Positions 19,399 to 28,025 of a stretch of DNA of 64,000 nucleotides are shown here, in pieces (positions within the stretch are counted from its first letter, which is position 1; each line of letters opens with the position of its first letter). The position numbers were made by a program, and so were the translations under genes. This stretch comes from Ignavibacteriota bacterium (GTDB lineage Bacteria > Bacteroidota > Ignavibacteria > UBA10030 > UBA6906): the NCBI GenBank assembly GCA_963801355.1, contig CAWDEM010000008.1, positions 192,001-256,000 of the forward strand. The letters are read 5' to 3'. The notes under the pieces were generated by a model that ran no database searches, was not told where the DNA came from, and saw nothing but the letters and a program-made list of their open reading frames with translations.

Positions 19399-20684
19399 AC
19401 AGGCTTCTGTGGCGAGCATATCCGGTCTGCCTGCTGTTGTCCCTTGCCGCCCTCATCAGTGGGTGCGACGGCCGTTCTCCGGAAAAAACCGTCATCCGTT
19501 TCTGGGCGCTGGGGGCGGAGGGGGACAACATCCGGCAGCTCATGCCGGAATTCGAGCGGCGGAATCCCGGAATCTCCGTGAAAGTGCAATCACTCCCCTG
19601 GACCGCCGCACACGAGAAACTGCTGACCTCCTATGCGGGGAATTCGATGCCCGATCTGTTCCAGCTGGGGAACACGTGGATCCCGGAGTTCCAGGTGCTC
19701 GGAGCGATCGAGGACCTGGACCCGTGGATCAACACATCGCGCGTTGTCAGCGAGCAATCGTTCTTCCCTGGTGTCTGGGCGACCAACCGCGCCGACAGTG
19801 CGATCGTTGGAATCCCCTGGTACGTCGACACGAGGGTCCTGTTCTACCGGAAGGATCTCTGTGCCGCCGCGGGGTACGTCCGGCCTCCGGCCACATGGGA
19901 CGAGTGGAAGGATCTGTCGCGGAAGCTCAAGCAGGCTGCCGTGCGTGAGGGAAGACAGGCCTATGCGATTTTGCTCCCGACCAACGAGTGGGCTCCGCCT
20001 ACGATCCTTGCGCTGCAGCGGGGCGCTTCTTTTCTGAAGGAACAGAACACGCGTGGTGCGTTCAGTGACTCACTTTTCCGTGACGCCTTTGAGTTCTACT
20101 GCAGCTTCTTTGCCGAGCGCCTGGCGCCGATCGGAGTCACCCAGGTCACCAATGTCTACCAGGGTTTTGCAGAAGGGTTCTTCGCGATGTACATCACCGG
20201 CCCGTGGAACGTCGGCGAGTTTCGCCGGCGCCTTCCGCCGGAGATGCGGGATCGATGGATGACTGCGCCGTTGCCCGGTCCCGGGCCCGCTGGGACGGGT
20301 GTGTCTCTGGCAGGAGGATCGAGTCTGGCCATGGCAAGGTCGGCGTCAGACAAGGATGCAGTCTGGAAGCTGATCGAGTATCTATCCGATGCCCCTCAGC
20401 AGCGGGAGTTCTACCGGATTACGGGCAATCTCCCTGCACGCAAAGAGGTGTGGGATGACACGCTTCTGGCTGTCGACCCCTATCTGCATGCCTTTCGGAT
20501 CCAGCTTGGCGCGCTTGCCTCTCCCCCCGCAATTCCGCAGTGGGAGCAGATAGCCATGAAGGTACAGGATTATGCCGAGATCGGGTCGGTGGGAAAGACG
20601 CCCGTGCCCGAAATTCTCGCCCGGCTTGACCGGGATGCAGACGTGATACTCGAAAAACGCCGCTGGCTGCTCTTCGGTGAATAG
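19395..20684 (+). CDS. Sugar ABC transporter substrate-binding lipoprotein (CUT1)
   Basis: Lipobox LISGC; PEFERRNPGISVKVQ, PDLFQLGNTW, IPWYVDTRVLFYRKD, PATWDEW, AMYITGPW; ATGA overlap with the upstream gene. Confidence 0.92.
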   Translation: MNRLLWRAYPVCLLLSLAALISGCDGRSPEKTVIRFWALGAEGDNIRQLMPEFERRNPGISVKVQSLPWTAAHEKLLTSYAGNSMPDLFQLGNTWIPEFQVLGAIEDLDPWINTSRVVSEQSFFPGVWATNRADSAIVGIPWYVDTRVLFYRKDLCAAAGYVRPPATWDEWKDLSRKLKQAAVREGRQAYAILLPTNEWAPPTILALQRGASFLKEQNTRGAFSDSLFRDAFEFYCSFFAERLAPIGVTQVTNVYQGFAEGFFAMYITGPWNVGEFRRRLPPEMRDRWMTAPLPGPGPAGTGVSLAGGSSLAMARSASDKDAVWKLIEYLSDAPQQREFYRITGNLPARKEVWDDTLLAVDPYLHAFRIQLGALASPPAIPQWEQIAMKVQDYAEIGSVGKTPVPEILARLDRDADVILEKRRWLLFGE

Positions 20685-21558
20685 TCAAAGACCATATGCG
20701 CTTGTGCTCTTCCTGGCGCCGGCCCTGACGGCGATAGGACTCTTCTTTTTTATCCCTGTTCTTGCCGCCCTGGTTCTCAGCTTCACTGATTTCGATATCT
20801 ATGCGCTCGGCAATTTTTCGGTGGCGCGGTTTGTCGGCCTTCGCAACTATCTGCAGATTGCCGGGGATCCGCTCTTCTGGAAGGCCCTGAAAAACACCCT
20901 CTACTTCCTGCTGGCAGGCGGTCCGCTTTCCATTGCTGTTTCGCTTGGTGCGGCGCTCCTCTTGAACGCGAAGATGGTCCGGTGGAAGCCGGTCTTCCGG
21001 TTCGTCTATTTTGCCCCGGTCGTGACCACTCTTGTCGCGGTTGCCGTGGTCTGGCGCTTTGTGTACCATCCCCGCTTTGGTCTGTTGAACTATGCGCTCG
21101 GGCTTGTGGGGATAAATCCCATCGACTGGCTGGGGGACCCGAACTGGGCCATGCCGGCGATGATCATCCTGGCCGTCTGGAAGAATTTTGGCTACAACAT
21201 GATCATCTTTATCGCCGGACTTCAGAATATCCCGGAATCTCTGTACGAAGCTGCGAGCATCGATGGCGCCGGGTCCTGGCAGCGTTTCCGCACGATTACG
21301 TTGCCACTCCTGGCTCCGACGACGTTGTTCATCACGATCATCACGATGATCGGGTATTTCCAGTTCTTTGCCGAGCCATATGTCATGACCCAGGGGGGGC
21401 CGCTGAACAGCACCCTCAGCATTGTCATGCTCATGTACCAGCAGGGCTTCCGGTGGTGGAGTATGGGGTATGCCGCCGCGATCGCGTTCGTTCTGTTCCT
21501 GTTCATTCTCCTTGTCTCCGTGGCGCAAACGAGATTACAGCGAGGGAGGGCCGGCTGA
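20677..21558 (+). CDS. Carbohydrate ABC transporter permease 1
   Basis: FVGLRNY, EAA motif LYEAASIDGA, TITLPLL, MTQGGP, multiple TM helices. Confidence 0.93.
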   Translation: MNSQRPYALVLFLAPALTAIGLFFFIPVLAALVLSFTDFDIYALGNFSVARFVGLRNYLQIAGDPLFWKALKNTLYFLLAGGPLSIAVSLGAALLLNAKMVRWKPVFRFVYFAPVVTTLVAVAVVWRFVYHPRFGLLNYALGLVGINPIDWLGDPNWAMPAMIILAVWKNFGYNMIIFIAGLQNIPESLYEAASIDGAGSWQRFRTITLPLLAPTTLFITIITMIGYFQFFAEPYVMTQGGPLNSTLSIVMLMYQQGFRWWSMGYAAAIAFVLFLFILLVSVAQTRLQRGRAG

Positions 21559-22376
21559 TGCGCATCGTGAAATCCTTGGGGCTGCATGGAGTACTGCTCA
21601 TGCTGGCTGTCGTCACGATGGCGCCGCTGTTCTGGATGGTTTCCGCGTCGTTCATGGCCGGTGGCGAGGCAAGCTCGTTCCCTCCGCCGTTCCTTCCGGC
21701 GCACCCGACGATGCAGCAGTACGTCGAGCTTTTCACGCGGCTAAATATCACACACTATGTCATCAACAGCGCCTTGCTTGCACTCACCGTGACAGGGATC
21801 TCGTTGCTGGTCAACTCCATGGCGGGATATGCGTTTGCGAAATACCGTTTCGCGGGCCGGGAGAAACTGTTCAAGCTATTGATTGCTTCCATGGTGATCC
21901 CGGCCCAGGTGACAATGCTTCCGCTGTTTCTTATGCTCAACAAGATGGGGCTTGTCAACACGTATCTCGGTGTCATTATCCCGGGCCTGGCGAGCATTTT
22001 CGGGATCTTCCTCATCCGCCAGTTCGCGCTTTCAATTCCGGACAGTCTGATCGAGGCCGCGAGAATGGACGGAGCCGGGGATTTCCGCATTTACTGGTCG
22101 GTCATTCTTCCCCTCTGCAAGCCCATACTCATCACGCTCGCAATTTTCACCTTCATGGGAACCTGGAACGATTTTCTCTGGCCGCTCATCATCATGACAG
22201 ATGACTCGATGTACACGCTCCCTGTGGCGCTCGCGAGTCTGTCGGGCGAGCACGTGCAGGATACCGAGCTCATGATGGCCGGATCGGTGATGACCGTCCT
22301 CCCGGTGATGCTGGTGTTCCTTGCCCTCCAGAAGTACTACATCAGCGGGATCATGGCTGGAGGAGTGAAAGAGTAG
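21558..22376 (+). CDS. Carbohydrate ABC transporter permease 2
   Basis: TGATG coupling at 21556-21560; AGYAFAKYRF, LIEAARMDGA, WNDFLWPL, GIMAGGVKE. Confidence 0.93.
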   Translation: MRIVKSLGLHGVLLMLAVVTMAPLFWMVSASFMAGGEASSFPPPFLPAHPTMQQYVELFTRLNITHYVINSALLALTVTGISLLVNSMAGYAFAKYRFAGREKLFKLLIASMVIPAQVTMLPLFLMLNKMGLVNTYLGVIIPGLASIFGIFLIRQFALSIPDSLIEAARMDGAGDFRIYWSVILPLCKPILITLAIFTFMGTWNDFLWPLIIMTDDSMYTLPVALASLSGEHVQDTELMMAGSVMTVLPVMLVFLALQKYYISGIMAGGVKE

Positions 22377-22392
22377 GTCCCATGAAAACGCA

Positions 22393-22418
22393 GAGGCCCT
22401 TCATTTCGGAAGGGCCTC
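22393..22418. terminator. Hairpin between convergent genes; probable (bidirectional) intrinsic terminator
   Basis: Perfect 10-bp stem gaggcccttc/gaagggcctc with a 6-nt loop; T-rich tail on the minus strand. Confidence 0.75.
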
Positions 22419-22489
22419 GCGGTGAGCGACCTTGTTTCAAGGTCGGCTGTTATCTTATGTCACTGTCGGGCAATGTGCCGACTAGTAGA

Positions 22490-23395
22490 CTAGCGGATGA
22501 GCGTCATGAGCTTTGTTTGCACGAAGGATGGTGTTTGAGAACCCTCGGCATACGCACTGAGGCGATACAGATAAACCCCGCTTGCTGCTCCTGATGCATT
22601 CCATTTTACTTCGTGAGTGCCCGGGCTCTGCTTCGCATCTACCAGCACAGCCACTTCCCGGCCAAGCATATCGTACACCACCAACCGTACACTACTGGCA
22701 GCCTTTCCGTCGACACCTCCCTGGGCGGGCAGCTGATACGTGATGGTGGTTGACGGGTTGAAGGGATTGGGGTAGTTCTGCTCGAGCGCAAATCGGTCGG
22801 GTGAGGTGTTGTCGGAGGATCCCACCGCACTCGCTGCGCCCCAGGCAAGATCATCCACGATGTAGTATGACCCAATGGTCGCCAACCCTGACGTTCCGCT
22901 AAGCTGTATGGACACGATCGCGCTATCGGGCGTTTCTCCCGAGATATAACCTATGTTGACGACAAATTCTTGGTACGCGTTTGTGGATGTGGTAGTGTTG
23001 AACGCGCCACCTCCGATGCCGGAATCAGCCTTCATGAGGGCTACAACAACGTGGAAAAAATCCCCTGTAGCCAGCGAAGCTTTGTACCATCCATGCAGGG
23101 CTCCCGGCCGGGAATTCATGGTGAACGCAGGTTCAGTGAGGAGGGCGGGGGGGAACCCGAAACCAGGGGCGATCTGAGTGACCTCCCCCCGAGCCGCAGA
23201 CGACCCTGAATGGACTTCAGTGGATTGCGTGACATTGAGGAACGTTGGCGGGTCGTTTGTTGTCGACCATCCGGTCGGGTTACCTGCAACCCAAGCCTCA
23301 AAACCAGCATTGGGAATAGTCTGAGCGTTGCTGCTGTCTTGCTGAGCAAGTGCAGAAAACGCCGCGATCGCCAACCAGTAACGGAAACGTTTCAT
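22490..23395 (-). CDS. Small T9SS type-A sorting-domain protein with a carbohydrate-binding-like (PCMD/CBM4-like) jelly-roll
   Basis: Signal peptide; IPNAGFEAW..PTGW..VHSGSSAA pattern; CTD LEQNYPNPFNPSTTI..YDMLGREV..ASGVYLYRL..KLMTLIR. Confidence 0.82.
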   Translation of the reverse strand: MKRFRYWLAIAAFSALAQQDSSNAQTIPNAGFEAWVAGNPTGWSTTNDPPTFLNVTQSTEVHSGSSAARGEVTQIAPGFGFPPALLTEPAFTMNSRPGALHGWYKASLATGDFFHVVVALMKADSGIGGGAFNTTTSTNAYQEFVVNIGYISGETPDSAIVSIQLSGTSGLATIGSYYIVDDLAWGAASAVGSSDNTSPDRFALEQNYPNPFNPSTTITYQLPAQGGVDGKAASSVRLVVYDMLGREVAVLVDAKQSPGTHEVKWNASGAASGVYLYRLSAYAEGSQTPSFVQTKLMTLIR

Positions 23396-23480
23396 CGCCG
23401 ACTCCTTCTATAGTGAATCCAGTACCTCTATTAACACTGGTGTCGGCGACAATGTTCCCGGATCCCGGGCGTGGTGGGAA

Positions 23481-23524
23481 CCGATTGACTATGGTCAGTT
23501 GACTAATTGACTATCGTCAATCGG
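23481..23524. repeat. 44-bp imperfect palindrome containing three TTGACTA copies
   Basis: ccgattgac...gtcaatcgg perfect outer arms; inner ggtcagtt/aattgact pair with G-U; lies immediately 3' of tRNA-Leu. Confidence 0.75.
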
Positions 23525-23528
23525 CTTG

Positions 23529-23614
23529 TACCAAAGGAGGGACTCGAACCCTCACCTGGTGTGAGCCAGACTGGATTTTGAGTCCAGCGCGTCTACCAAT
23601 TCCGCCACTTTGGC
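23529..23614 (-). tRNA. tRNA-Leu(CAA)
   Basis: Reverse complement GCCAAAG TGGCGGAATTGGTAGACGC G CTGGA CTCAAAA TCCAG, long variable arm, GGTTCGAGTCC, CTTTGGT A; CCA not encoded. Confidence 0.96.
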
Positions 23615-23782
23615 TTGTGAGAACTTTAGCATACAAATTTACGCTCTGCGCAGCCGAGAATCAAGGAGAAAAGCGCACACAGCCACCCTCGACCCATTGC
23701 CCCTACCCATTGTCCACTACCCCATTGTCCATGCCGATCGTTGTCTTTACTCCCACCCCCCATTGCCGTATATTTCCACCGC

Positions 23783-26700
23783 ATGACCCCGCCGGCCGAA
23801 ATACCATTATCAGTTGCACGCATGTTGATCATACTCCTCGCATGCGTTACCGGTGTGGTCCCGTCGTTTCTCAATGCCCAATCGCTTCCATCTGCCGACG
23901 AAAGAATTTCGCTCGCATCCCTCCACCCCGACTCCGCTTTTGTCCTTGCCCACCGGTTCATGGCCGCGGGCAGCGATTCGGTCGTTTTGAATGATACCAC
24001 GACTCTGGTCCGCGGCCGGGACTACCGAATCGATTACCGGCGGGGGATGATCTGGTTCGACAGCACCCTGATCAAGGCAGTGGTGACGGGCCGTGTGGCA
24101 TCCTACGCCCGCGTCAGGTACGAGTTTTTCCCATTTACGTTCCGGGATTCCTATCAACGGCGGATCCTGGTTCTTTCCACTGATTCACTTTCACGCGCTG
24201 ACTCGCTCCGCGTGGCTAAGCCGGTTTCGACGTTTTCGATGAATGATGTTTTCGGTCCCGACCTCAGGAAGAGCGGAAGTATATTCCGGGGATTTACGGT
24301 GGGATCGAATCGCGACCTCTCACTCACATCCGGACTGCGTCTCGAGCTGTCCGGGCGCATCATGTCCGATATAGAAATCGCAGCTGCCCTTACCGACGAG
24401 AACACGCCCATACAACCCGAAGGGACTACCCAGACCCTCCAGGAATTCGACAAGGTGTTTGTCGAGATCCGCAGCACGGATCTCGCGGCGACGCTCGGTG
24501 ACTTCACGCTTGATTTTTCCGGCACGGAATTCGCCCGGCTGAGCCGGAAGCTTCAGGGTGCCCGGAGCACCGCCGCATACCGGCTCGGAAGAGTCAATGG
24601 TGAAGCTCTGATCTCGGGTGCCGTCACGCGCGGTAAGTTTGTCACGAAACAGTTCACCGGCCTTGAAGGCGTGCAGGGACCCTATATCCTCACGGGAAGG
24701 AACAACGAACGGGATATCATCGTCATCGCGGGCACTGAACGCGTTTACATCGACGGGGAACAACAAACCCGCGGCGAGACGAACGACTATACCATAGACT
24801 ACTCCACCGGCGAGATCACATTCATGACGCGCAGGCTCATCACATCGGCCTCGCGCATCACGGTGGATTTCGAGTACACTGACCGGCAATTCTCCCGCTC
24901 GCTGTTTGCAGCGCAGAACTCCACTTCCATGTTCGACAATGCTCTCCGCCTCACGGCGAGCTATTTTCGTGAGGCGGATGATCCTGATGCGCCCATCGAC
25001 TTCTCATTCAGCGATTCTGCTCGAGCCGCCCTGGCGAATGCCGGCAACGATGCGTCCAGGGCGATTTTGAGCGGCGCCACACGCGTGGATTCCAACGGGG
25101 CGTACGTGCAGGTTGATACCGTTCTTGCCGGGGGTGGCATGGCGCAGTTCTACCGGTACGCGCCCGGCAGCCCGGCTGCCCTGTACAACGTGACCTTTAC
25201 CTATGTGGGCGCGGGGAAGGGCGACTATAACCGGCAACGCGCAGGGCTCTTCGTCTGGGTCGGCCCGGGTGGCGGCGCATACCTGCCAATCCGTCGACTG
25301 CCGCTTCCCCAGCTCCACGAGCTGGTCGATCTGGCAATTGAGTCGAAACCGAGAGAGGATCTCCGGATAGCGGGAGAATATGCCCACAGCTCGCTCGATG
25401 CAAATCGTCTTTCTTCACTGGGAGACGAAGCCAACAGCGCTCATGCCGTGACGCTTGCGGCTGCATATGAGCCCAAGGCGATCCGCATCGGAGGATGGGA
25501 TCTCGGCGGCATGCAGCTGAAAGCCAGGGAGCGTTTCGTGCAGGCTCAGTTCGTTCCGATCGATCGCGTCGATGACATCGAGTTCACACGGAAGTGGGGG
25601 GTCGATTCTCTGGCAAAGGCGGATGAAGAGATACAGGAGATCTCACTGGCGTACATACCGGTGAACGGAGTATCTGTCAGCGGCGGATACGGAAGGAATC
25701 ACCGCGGGGCATTGCAGGATTCGCGACGCCGGGAAGCGGCATTTGCGCTGCAAGGGGATGGACTGCCGACGGCGGGATTCAACGTCGAAGAAATCACGTC
25801 GACGGATGCGTTGTCGGATACACGAAGCGAATGGACCAGACGCAAAGGAGGACTGGAATACACCTTCATGAACCTCACGCCCGGGGTCCGCTATGAGAGC
25901 GAGCGCCGCGAGATCGGCTCTCAGGCCGCCGGTGTCCTCCGGACGGGGAGTCTGAAGTTCGATGCGTACTCCGGTTACATCCGCTACAAACCGCCCGGAC
26001 CATTCTCCATGCAGGCGGAGCTCGGATGGCGGAGCGACGACCAGTTCCGGGGCGGTGCGGTTGTCCGCGAGTCGCAATCGTTCACGCAGTCGTACAACGC
26101 CCGCCTCACCGAATGGCATGCGCTCTCGTCCTCCACCGACGTTACGGTGCGCAAGAAAACCTATTCGGAGGTTTTCCGGCTGGCAGGGAGTCAGGACATC
26201 CAGACCGTCCTGGTGCGCAACCGCACGCGGTATGCACCCCTCAATCGCGGCGTGGAGACAGATCTCTACTATGAGGTTACCACGGAGCAGGCCTCGAAGT
26301 TCGAACGGGTGTTCGTGAAAGTGACACCCGGCACGGGGACGTATCGGTACCTCGGCGACCAGAACGGCAACGGCCTTGCCGACGACAGCGAGTTCGTTCT
26401 TGCCCGGTTCGACGGTGACTTCGTTGCCGTGACGCTGCCGACCGATGAACTCACCCCCGTCATCGATTTGAAAACCAGCATCCGGCTCCGGATCGTGCCG
26501 TCGCGCTTTATCGGGAATGAAGGCACTATCGCCCGCATACTTTCAGCCCTGACATCGGAAACCTACCTGCGCCTTGAAGAGAAGAGTACGGCGCGCGATC
26601 TCTCGAGCATCTATCTGCTTCACTTGTCGAGGTTCCAGCAGGACGCGACCACCATAGCCGGGTCGACGATTTTCACGCAGGATGTTTTGATGTTCGAGGG

Positions 26701-27304
26701 GAGCCCGCTGTTCTCGACACGTCTCCGGTTTTCCGAGCGCAGAGGAGTGACAAACCTGAGCGGCGGGATTGAGCATGCCTTTCAGCGCGAACGGTCGGTG
26801 CGGGTGCGCCTGCAGCTCATGCCGGAGATTGCCAATCAGATTGATTATGTGAACCGGATTGACCGGGTGAGTGGACTCACCGCGTCACCACGCTTGCGGG
26901 ATATCGTCAGTAACGGCTTCACGTACGATCTCTCTTACCGGCCCCGGCAGAACGCCGAGCTCGGATTCAAGCTTGACGTAAGCCGGGCGAACGACGGGTT
27001 GCCGGCTCCGGAACTCAGAGCTGACCTGAATGCGCAGTCGGTGAGAGTCGTTTATGCTCTCCAGGGGTCAGGTCAGGCCCGTGCGGAGTTTGTGCGTGAA
27101 GAAGTGCAGCTTGCGCGTGCCCTTGACACTTTTCCGTTTGAATTGACCGGGGGGCGTGTCAATGGAAAAACATGGATCTGGCGCGGTGCCTTCGAGTATC
27201 GCATGACACAATTCCTTCAAGCGACGGTGAACTACGAGGGACGCATCGAGGGTGGGAGCCGTCCGGTGCATACGGCGAGGGCGGAGGTTCGGGCGTTTTT
27301 CTGA
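23783..27304 (+). CDS. Large hypothetical outer-membrane beta-barrel protein with SprA-like motifs (start 23783 or 23822)
   Basis: Long uninterrupted ORF, N-terminal signal peptide, KSGSIFRGFTVG..SGLRLELSG, two DY.IDY..G.I.F motifs, amphipathic strands, terminal Phe (VRAFF). Confidence 0.7.
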   Translation: MTPPAEIPLSVARMLIILLACVTGVVPSFLNAQSLPSADERISLASLHPDSAFVLAHRFMAAGSDSVVLNDTTTLVRGRDYRIDYRRGMIWFDSTLIKAVVTGRVASYARVRYEFFPFTFRDSYQRRILVLSTDSLSRADSLRVAKPVSTFSMNDVFGPDLRKSGSIFRGFTVGSNRDLSLTSGLRLELSGRIMSDIEIAAALTDENTPIQPEGTTQTLQEFDKVFVEIRSTDLAATLGDFTLDFSGTEFARLSRKLQGARSTAAYRLGRVNGEALISGAVTRGKFVTKQFTGLEGVQGPYILTGRNNERDIIVIAGTERVYIDGEQQTRGETNDYTIDYSTGEITFMTRRLITSASRITVDFEYTDRQFSRSLFAAQNSTSMFDNALRLTASYFREADDPDAPIDFSFSDSARAALANAGNDASRAILSGATRVDSNGAYVQVDTVLAGGGMAQFYRYAPGSPAALYNVTFTYVGAGKGDYNRQRAGLFVWVGPGGGAYLPIRRLPLPQLHELVDLAIESKPREDLRIAGEYAHSSLDANRLSSLGDEANSAHAVTLAAAYEPKAIRIGGWDLGGMQLKARERFVQAQFVPIDRVDDIEFTRKWGVDSLAKADEEIQEISLAYIPVNGVSVSGGYGRNHRGALQDSRRREAAFALQGDGLPTAGFNVEEITSTDALSDTRSEWTRRKGGLEYTFMNLTPGVRYESERREIGSQAAGVLRTGSLKFDAYSGYIRYKPPGPFSMQAELGWRSDDQFRGGAVVRESQSFTQSYNARLTEWHALSSSTDVTVRKKTYSEVFRLAGSQDIQTVLVRNRTRYAPLNRGVETDLYYEVTTEQASKFERVFVKVTPGTGTYRYLGDQNGNGLADDSEFVLARFDGDFVAVTLPTDELTPVIDLKTSIRLRIVPSRFIGNEGTIARILSALTSETYLRLEEKSTARDLSSIYLLHLSRFQQDATTIAGSTIFTQDVLMFEGSPLFSTRLRFSERRGVTNLSGGIEHAFQRERSVRVRLQLMPEIANQIDYVNRIDRVSGLTASPRLRDIVSNGFTYDLSYRPRQNAELGFKLDVSRANDGLPAPELRADLNAQSVRVVYALQGSGQARAEFVREEVQLARALDTFPFELTGGRVNGKTWIWRGAFEYRMTQFLQATVNYEGRIEGGSRPVHTARAEVRAFF

Positions 27305-27362
27305 AAGACTGATGACGGTCACGGGATTCTGTCTCTGATTTCAGAATTGATGCGTGATAAAC

Positions 27363-27391
27363 TTGCGTTTCAAATGTCTATTCTGTATACT
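27363..27391 (+). promoter_or_regulatory. Putative sigma70 promoter of ogt-pcrA
   Basis: TTGCGT-17 bp-TATACT in an AT-rich intergenic region. Confidence 0.6.
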
Positions 27392-27462
27392 CCAACGTCC
27401 CTCCCGTGGGGACGTCGGCGATTTTCCTAGCCATCATCTCGCGGGGCTCTCTTCCTCGTCCC

Positions 27463-27966
27463 ATGGTCTACTGCACATCATTTGAGTCCAAGATAGGCCT
27501 GATCTACGTCGCTTCGACGGAGAAAGGTGTCTGCAAAGTCAGTGTTCCGCGTCAGACAAAGCGGGATTTTTTCCGCTGGCTCCGCGAGAACTTTGACGAC
27601 AGTGAAGTAGCAGACAACAAGTCCCGCAACCGTGAAGTGATCGATCAGCTTGCACGCTACTTCAACGGTAGGCTCGCGAAGTTCACGGTGACCGTCGATC
27701 TCATCGGCACGCCGTTTCAGGTGCGTGTGTGGCGGGAACTCGGAAAGATTCCCTACGGCACAACGATCAGCTACAAGCAACTGGCAAAGCGTCTGGGGAC
27801 GAGCCGGGGATTTCAAGCTGTCGGACGTGCGAATGCCGCCAATCCCGTGCCCATCATCGTGCCGTGCCACCGCGTGCTGGGAACCGACGGTTCACTTGTC
27901 GGCTATGCCAGCGGTGTGAAGACGAAAGAGTTCCTCCTGAAGCTTGAGGGTGCCTTGATGATTTGA
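27463..27966 (+). CDS. ogt: Methylated-DNA-protein-cysteine methyltransferase
   Basis: GTPFQVRVW, IPYGTTISY, AVGRANAANP, active-site PCHRV. Confidence 0.95.
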   Translation: MVYCTSFESKIGLIYVASTEKGVCKVSVPRQTKRDFFRWLRENFDDSEVADNKSRNREVIDQLARYFNGRLAKFTVTVDLIGTPFQVRVWRELGKIPYGTTISYKQLAKRLGTSRGFQAVGRANAANPVPIIVPCHRVLGTDGSLVGYASGVKTKEFLLKLEGALMI

Positions 27967-28025
27967 AGATGTGTTCTGTTCCCGCCGCGCGTTGCCTTCC
28001 GTAACCAATTTCCGTATCATGCCTC

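Noticed and set aside
20982-21557. Apparent 464-aa permease with a long N-terminal extension
   Set aside because: The extension overlaps permease 1 out of frame; the real start is the TGATG-coupled ATG at 21558.
23578-24000. ORFs 23578-23994 (+) and 23626-24000 (-)
   Set aside because: They overlap the tRNA, the promoter region or the large barrel gene and have low-complexity, motif-free translations.
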